Shown in pieces: positions 59,715 to 64,000 of a DNA stretch of 64,000 nt; positions within the stretch are counted from its first letter, which is position 1; each line of letters begins with the position of its first letter. The stretch comes from Alphaproteobacteria bacterium (GTDB taxonomy: Bacteria; Pseudomonadota; Alphaproteobacteria; SP197), in assembly GCA_964291415.2 (NCBI GenBank), contig OZ219917.1, forward strand, positions 288,001 through 352,000, read 5' to 3'. A model generated the notes under the pieces. It saw only the letters and a program-made list of their open reading frames with translations, was not told the origin of the DNA and did no database searches. The position numbers and the translations under genes were made by a program.

Positions 59715-60968
59715 TCAGCCTCCGAGCAGACGTGACAGGACGCCGGCTCGTTCCTGTTCGAGAAGCGTGCGGGCGTCCTGGTCCCGCGCCAGCCTGAGAA
59801 GATCCGTGTCGGGACTGGAGGCGATCTCCCGGGGCAGTCTCGCCAGCAGTTTCGCGATGTCGCTCCTGAGCGCTTCCACGAGATCCGGATCATCGGCCGC
59901 GCCTGCCATCAGGTCGGCAATGTCCGCGATACTGCCATCGGTGCCGGTCTCTGCCGCCATGCTGGTGGAGACGACAACGCGTTCGATCCAGGCCCTTTCC
60001 TCTCCAAGGCCCAGGGCCATGGCGCGTGCCTCGTCGAGAAGCTGGTGTTCCCTGAGGACGAGCGTTCCGTGAAGTCCGGTCGCGCCCGTGAACTCGACCC
60101 TGCAGGCCATGAGACGGCCGTCGGCATCCCGGTCCACCGCGTCCTCGATGGCCCGGGCCATCCGGAGCAGAACGTCGTCCCAATCGTCAAGGCCGTCAGC
60201 GTCCACGGTCACGTGGGCCCAGCGCACGACATCGACGGGAACCGGAAGCGTCTCGACACCGTTGTCGGTGACCGTCACGCGCATGTACCCCCGGGGGCCG
60301 GTTTCGCGGATGTGGCGACCCTGGATGTTTCCGGAGAACACCACCCAGGGATCCCGGTGCAGAACCTCCTGGCGATGGACATGGCCCAGGGCCCAGTAGT
60401 CGTAACCCCGCGCCACGAGATCGGCGAGCGTGCAGGGGGCGTAGTCGGCATGGCCGCCCATGCCGCCCAGACCGGTATGGAGCACGCCGACGTTGAACGC
60501 ATCCGCCACCGGACCGGGATAGGAAGGGACGAGGTTCTCCGTGACATCGGGTGTCGCGTAGCTGCGGCCATGGACCGCCGCTCCCGTCGCCTCATGGATG
60601 AAGGTGCCGGCACCGGACGCACCGAACACGTGGACGTTGGAAGGAAGGGTCAGCTGCCTGGTAATCCTGCTCTCGGCGTCGTGGTTGCCGTAGACCAGGT
60701 AGACGTCGATACCCGCCTCGTTGAGCCGACCCATCTGGCGAATGAAGAAGAAGCCGGTGTTGCAGTCCCGCCAGGTGCCGTCATAGAGGTCGCCAGCGAT
60801 GACGACGAAGGCGACGCTCTCGTCGATCGCGTGATCCACGAGAATCTCGAATGCCCGGCGGCAGGCAGAACGGATGAGGCGGGGTGCGTGACCTTCCTGG
60901 GCCGCCAGCCCTCTCAACGGGCTGTCAAGATGGATATCGGCGCAGTGGATGAAGGAAAATGATGTCAT
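59715..60968 (-). CDS. YhaO-like Mre11/SbcD metallophosphoesterase nuclease
   Basis: HCADIHLD, AGDLYD, GNHD, LHT, YWALGHVH, SGNIQGRHIRE.G. Confidence 0.9.
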   Translation of the reverse strand: MTSFSFIHCADIHLDSPLRGLAAQEGHAPRLIRSACRRAFEILVDHAIDESVAFVVIAGDLYDGTWRDCNTGFFFIRQMGRLNEAGIDVYLVYGNHDAESRITRQLTLPSNVHVFGASGAGTFIHEATGAAVHGRSYATPDVTENLVPSYPGPVADAFNVGVLHTGLGGMGGHADYAPCTLADLVARGYDYWALGHVHRQEVLHRDPWVVFSGNIQGRHIRETGPRGYMRVTVTDNGVETLPVPVDVVRWAHVTVDADGLDDWDDVLLRMARAIEDAVDRDADGRLMACRVEFTGATGLHGTLVLREHQLLDEARAMALGLGEERAWIERVVVSTSMAAETGTDGSIADIADLMAGAADDPDLVEALRSDIAKLLARLPREIASSPDTDLLRLARDQDARTLLEQERAGVLSRLLGG

Positions 60969-61045
60969 GCCCGCCGGTGCGGTACCGCAGGCCGCCGGAT
61001 CTTGTCAAACCCGGTTGCGGACGAATGCGAGTAACGGCCTAGACC

Positions 61046-62366
61046 CAATACTGTTGCCTGATGGGCACATTTCGGGGATCCATTGGTGGACCGTGCGGGA
61101 CAGGGTTCCGCGTGCAGTTGCTCATCTTGCGCTTGACGCCCCGGGGCTTGACCTGTCCGCGGCTGGACACGGCCCGTTCCTCGAGGATGCATTCATGGCT
61201 TGTCGTCGCCTGTGGGGGAAAAAGCACCGGGGTGGACGATGCGGCGGCGGACGACGTTGACCGTGGAGGAAGGATAATCGGTCCGGGTCGGCTCCGGCGC
61301 TGGCCGCTCGTGGATCACGGCGTAGTGCATCAACCCCTCGAGCTCCTGAAGGGAGGGCCGGGGTCTTGCTGCGAGAGCCCCGGGGCCGAGCATGTGGGTC
61401 TTGATCTCGTCATAGGCGATCTGATCTCCCAGCGCTGAGAGCGCGGCGAGCTCGGCCGCCGGCGCAGCCTCGGGATCGAGCAGCGTGGTGATGAGGGTGA
61501 AGACCATCGCTCGGGCAGCCGGTAGCTCAACACCCGCACCGTGCTTTGGCCGCGGCTGCGCCTGCGGTGGCCGCTGCACGGTCCAGGATCCGTCGGCGAA
61601 CCTGTCGTGCACCGGAAAGGCCATGTTCGACTTGACCCGCCAGAGCAGCTCGGCGCCCCGGGCCCGGGCCCGCGACCACAGCGGAAAGCCGCTATAGTAG
61701 CTCCGCAAGGCATGCCGGGCGCGAGGTGGGGCACCAGCCGCTCGGCCTGCTTCATCTCCGACTCCGACAACGGACCGCCGCACCAGGCCAGAGGCGCTCG
61801 GGTGCCGATCGCTGAGAACCGACAGCCGCAGCTTCGGAAAGCCCGCGCTGCCGCGACCGGAGCCGGGCAGGCCAAACGAACGGCGGTTCTCCTCCTCGTC
61901 GGGAACCGCCAGCGTCGAACCGTCGATCGCCACCAGGCGATGGCCGGTACCACGCCCCCGCCGTCGACGGCACGGCAAGCGGCTTCACGCAGGACTCCCG
62001 CAACGCCGCAAACGGGGTCGAGCCCAGACGGCTGCGCGCCCGCGAGATCGACGACTTGCCCGACACACGCACCACATCCGGCGACACCCAGGCAATCCCT
62101 CCATCAGGCAGCGCAGCACCTCGCGCGTCGACGCGCCATCGCAATCACGTAGTACATCATCACGTCCGCCGGAAGCGCCCGCCGGCGCACACTCACACGA
62201 CCGGTCCGGCCAAGCGCATCCCGCACCGCCTCGCGCGGAAAGACACGCGCAATCACCCCGACGCTCAGGTAGTTGCAACCCACCAGGCAGCGAGGCCGGC
62301 GTTCGGGACATCCCGAGTCAAGCCCACGTAACATACTACCACATTGTGCTTAAAGCAACAGTATTG
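61046..62366 (-). mobile_element. IS4-family insertion sequence with frameshifted transposase, intact terminal inverted repeats and 10-bp target duplication
   Basis: IRs CAATACTGTTGCCT (61046) / AAGCAACAGTATTG (ends 62366); TSD GGCCTAGACC at 61036-61045 and 62367-62376; fragments YLSVGVIARVFPREAV, RLVAIDGSTL, RWEI..YDEIKTH in different frames. Confidence 0.92.
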
Positions 62367-62465
62367 GGCCTAGACCCGTGATCCTGTCCGCGGGGCATGG
62401 CGGCACGGCCAAATGGGCGTGTCCTGGTCATGATTCCAGATCATTGCACGAGAGGGAGACCGATC

Positions 62466-62711
62466 TTGCGTGTCGTGAGCGTTCATCAGGCCAAAACCAG
62501 TCTGACACGGTTGTTGGCGCACGTGGAGGCTGGCGAGGACGTCTTCATTGCCAGGCGAGGCGAGCCGGTCGCTCGCCTCGTTCCCTACGATGCTGTTGGC
62601 CGACGGTCATTTGGTGCCATGAAGGACGGCATGGTCGTTGATGACTGTTTCCATGATCCGTTGCCGGAGGAAGAGTTGAAAGCATGGGAAGGCGGCTTGA
62701 CCGAAGAATGA
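62466..62711 (+). CDS. Phd/YefM family antitoxin (orphan)
   Basis: VSVHQAKTSLTRLL..VEAGEDV.IARRGEPVARLVP...R.FG......DD.F.DPLPEEEL..WEG; RBS GAGGGAG. Confidence 0.85.
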   Translation: MRVVSVHQAKTSLTRLLAHVEAGEDVFIARRGEPVARLVPYDAVGRRSFGAMKDGMVVDDCFHDPLPEEELKAWEGGLTEE

Positions 62712-62895
62712 GCCCCTTGCTTGCAGTTGCCCTTGCGGCCGGGCTGTCCGCCGACTGAATGTCTTGAGAGCGTGTTCCGCCATCTCGGTGAAGAAGTCGC
62801 GCAGCAACCATCGGAGTACCAGGCACGCAACGCGTCGGATATGCCGGATCATCACGTGGCATGGAGAATTCTGGTTCATGCACCTCTGGCGGAAT

Positions 62896-63327
62896 CTAGA
62901 CCCCGGGATCGGTCAGCTGGCGCAGGCGGCGTGCCGCCTGGATGGCGAAGGCGAGGGTCTGGGCCTTGCGGCGTGCCGCGTTGATTGGTGATTCGGCTGC
63001 CTGGCGCACGATTGCGGCGCCGTAGCGGTCGGCGATGATGAGGCCGTGCTCTTGCGGCAGGATGTCGGCCGGAAAATCCTCGGGCACGCCGAAATAGTAG
63101 AAGTCGCAGTAGTCGAGGTAGTCGGGCCACTTGGCATCGGACTGAAAGTCGGCGACGGAGGACTTGACCTCGACGATGGTGAAACGGCCCTTGCCGTCGA
63201 GTGCCAGGACGTCGGCCCGCCGGCCGTTCCTGACCGTGAACTCCGTCACGCTCGCCTGGTTCATGGTGGCGAACATGCGGCCTATGCCGCGGGCAAGATC
63301 CAGGGCGCGTTGCCGGCTATCGGTCAC
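62896..63327 (-). CDS. mmcB: MmcB family DNA repair endonuclease
   Basis: LARG..R, EF....GRRADV, IVEVKSS.ADF.SD.KW.DY..YCD.YYF, GLI.AD.YGA. Confidence 0.9.
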   Translation of the reverse strand: MTDSRQRALDLARGIGRMFATMNQASVTEFTVRNGRRADVLALDGKGRFTIVEVKSSVADFQSDAKWPDYLDYCDFYYFGVPEDFPADILPQEHGLIIADRYGAAIVRQAAESPINAARRKAQTLAFAIQAARRLRQLTDPGV

Positions 63328-64000
63328 GGATCATCCCGCTTGCCGCTGACACCCGCCTCGTCGAAGGTGGCCATGCCGTCATGGAGCGCGACGGCCGCCC
63401 TGACGACGAGAGCCGCGCAGGCAGCGCCCGACCCCTCGCCGAGACGCATGCCGAGATCGAGCAGCGGCCTCTTTCCAAGGTGGTCGAGAAACCGTCCTGC
63501 CGCGGGCTCGGCGCTGACATGTCCGGCGATGCAGTGATCGAGAGCCCGGGCGTCGAAACAATGGAGCACGCTGGCCGCCGCACAGTTGACGAAGCCATCG
63601 AGAATGACCGGTGTCCTGTTCAGCCGGCAGGCAAGAATGGCGCCCGCCATGGCGGCTATCTCCCGTCCGCCCAGCGACGCAAGCGTCTCGAGGGAGTCCG
63701 CCGGCTGCCGCCAATGGCGTTCCAGCGCCCTGTCGATCACGGCGGCCTTGCGGTTCACGCCCTCCTGGTCGAGACCGGTTCCAGGACCCGCCCAGTCGGC
63801 GCCGTCGCCACCGAAGAGAGCGGCGCCAAGGGCCGCAGCCACGGTCGTGTTGCCGATCCCCATGTCACCGATCACCGCGATATCCGCCCTTCGCACCGTT
63901 TCGAAACCCTTCCTGAAGGCATCGCATGTCTCGGCTGCAGTCATCGCCGGTTCCCGCGAGATGTCTCCGGTGGGCCGCTCGAGTGACAACGGCACCACCT
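63324..64000 (-). CDS. cobT: Nicotinate-nucleotide-dimethylbenzimidazole phosphoribosyltransferase (5'-truncated by window edge)
   Basis: GDMGIGNTT, GPGTG, GGREIAAMAG, LDGF, L.MRLGEGSGA, MATF.EAGV. Confidence 0.93.
   Translation of the reverse strand, partial: VVPLSLERPTGDISREPAMTAAETCDAFRKGFETVRRADIAVIGDMGIGNTTVAAALGAALFGGDGADWAGPGTGLDQEGVNRKAAVIDRALERHWRQPADSLETLASLGGREIAAMAGAILACRLNRTPVILDGFVNCAAASVLHCFDARALDHCIAGHVSAEPAAGRFLDHLGKRPLLDLGMRLGEGSGAACAALVVRAAVALHDGMATFDEAGVSGKRDDP

Noticed and set aside
62607-62879. 90-aa minus-strand ORF downstream of the antitoxin as a toxin
   Set aside because: Wrong orientation for a TA operon and no PIN/RelE motifs.

Overview
High-GC bacterial chromosomal segment. 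The backbone genes (mmcB, cobT, ycgN, lolA, ccmABCDE, type-2 ctaA, acnA, a suhB/MmgR-like sRNA) point to an alphaproteobacterium, possibly host-associated (inference from creatinine/creatine catabolism and a sterol methyltransferase). It carries housekeeping genes (ccmABCDE-ctaA, rhlE, recCBD, sppA-like, lolA, purC, acnA, cobT) and several catabolic clusters. These include creatininase/creatinase, a LysR-regulated TorT-like ABC importer with a split biotin-dependent PxpABC-like carboxylase, and a glutamine-synthetase-like operon. It also has a YhaO/YhaN (Mre11/Rad50-like) pair, a Fic gene, a decayed IS4 element with intact ends and a 10-bp target duplication, and toxin-antitoxin relics. The most striking element is a ~3.7-kb cassette (5524-9207). 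It holds a GOLPH3/GPP34-domain-cytochrome P450 fusion divergently paired with an ERG6/SMT1-type sterol C-24 methyltransferase. The cassette is flanked by direct repeats (19 bp perfect, ~33-35 bp imperfect) that duplicate the junction of two convergent flanking genes. It is a candidate acquired sterol-remodelling module. All calls rest on motif recognition by eye; no database searches were run.
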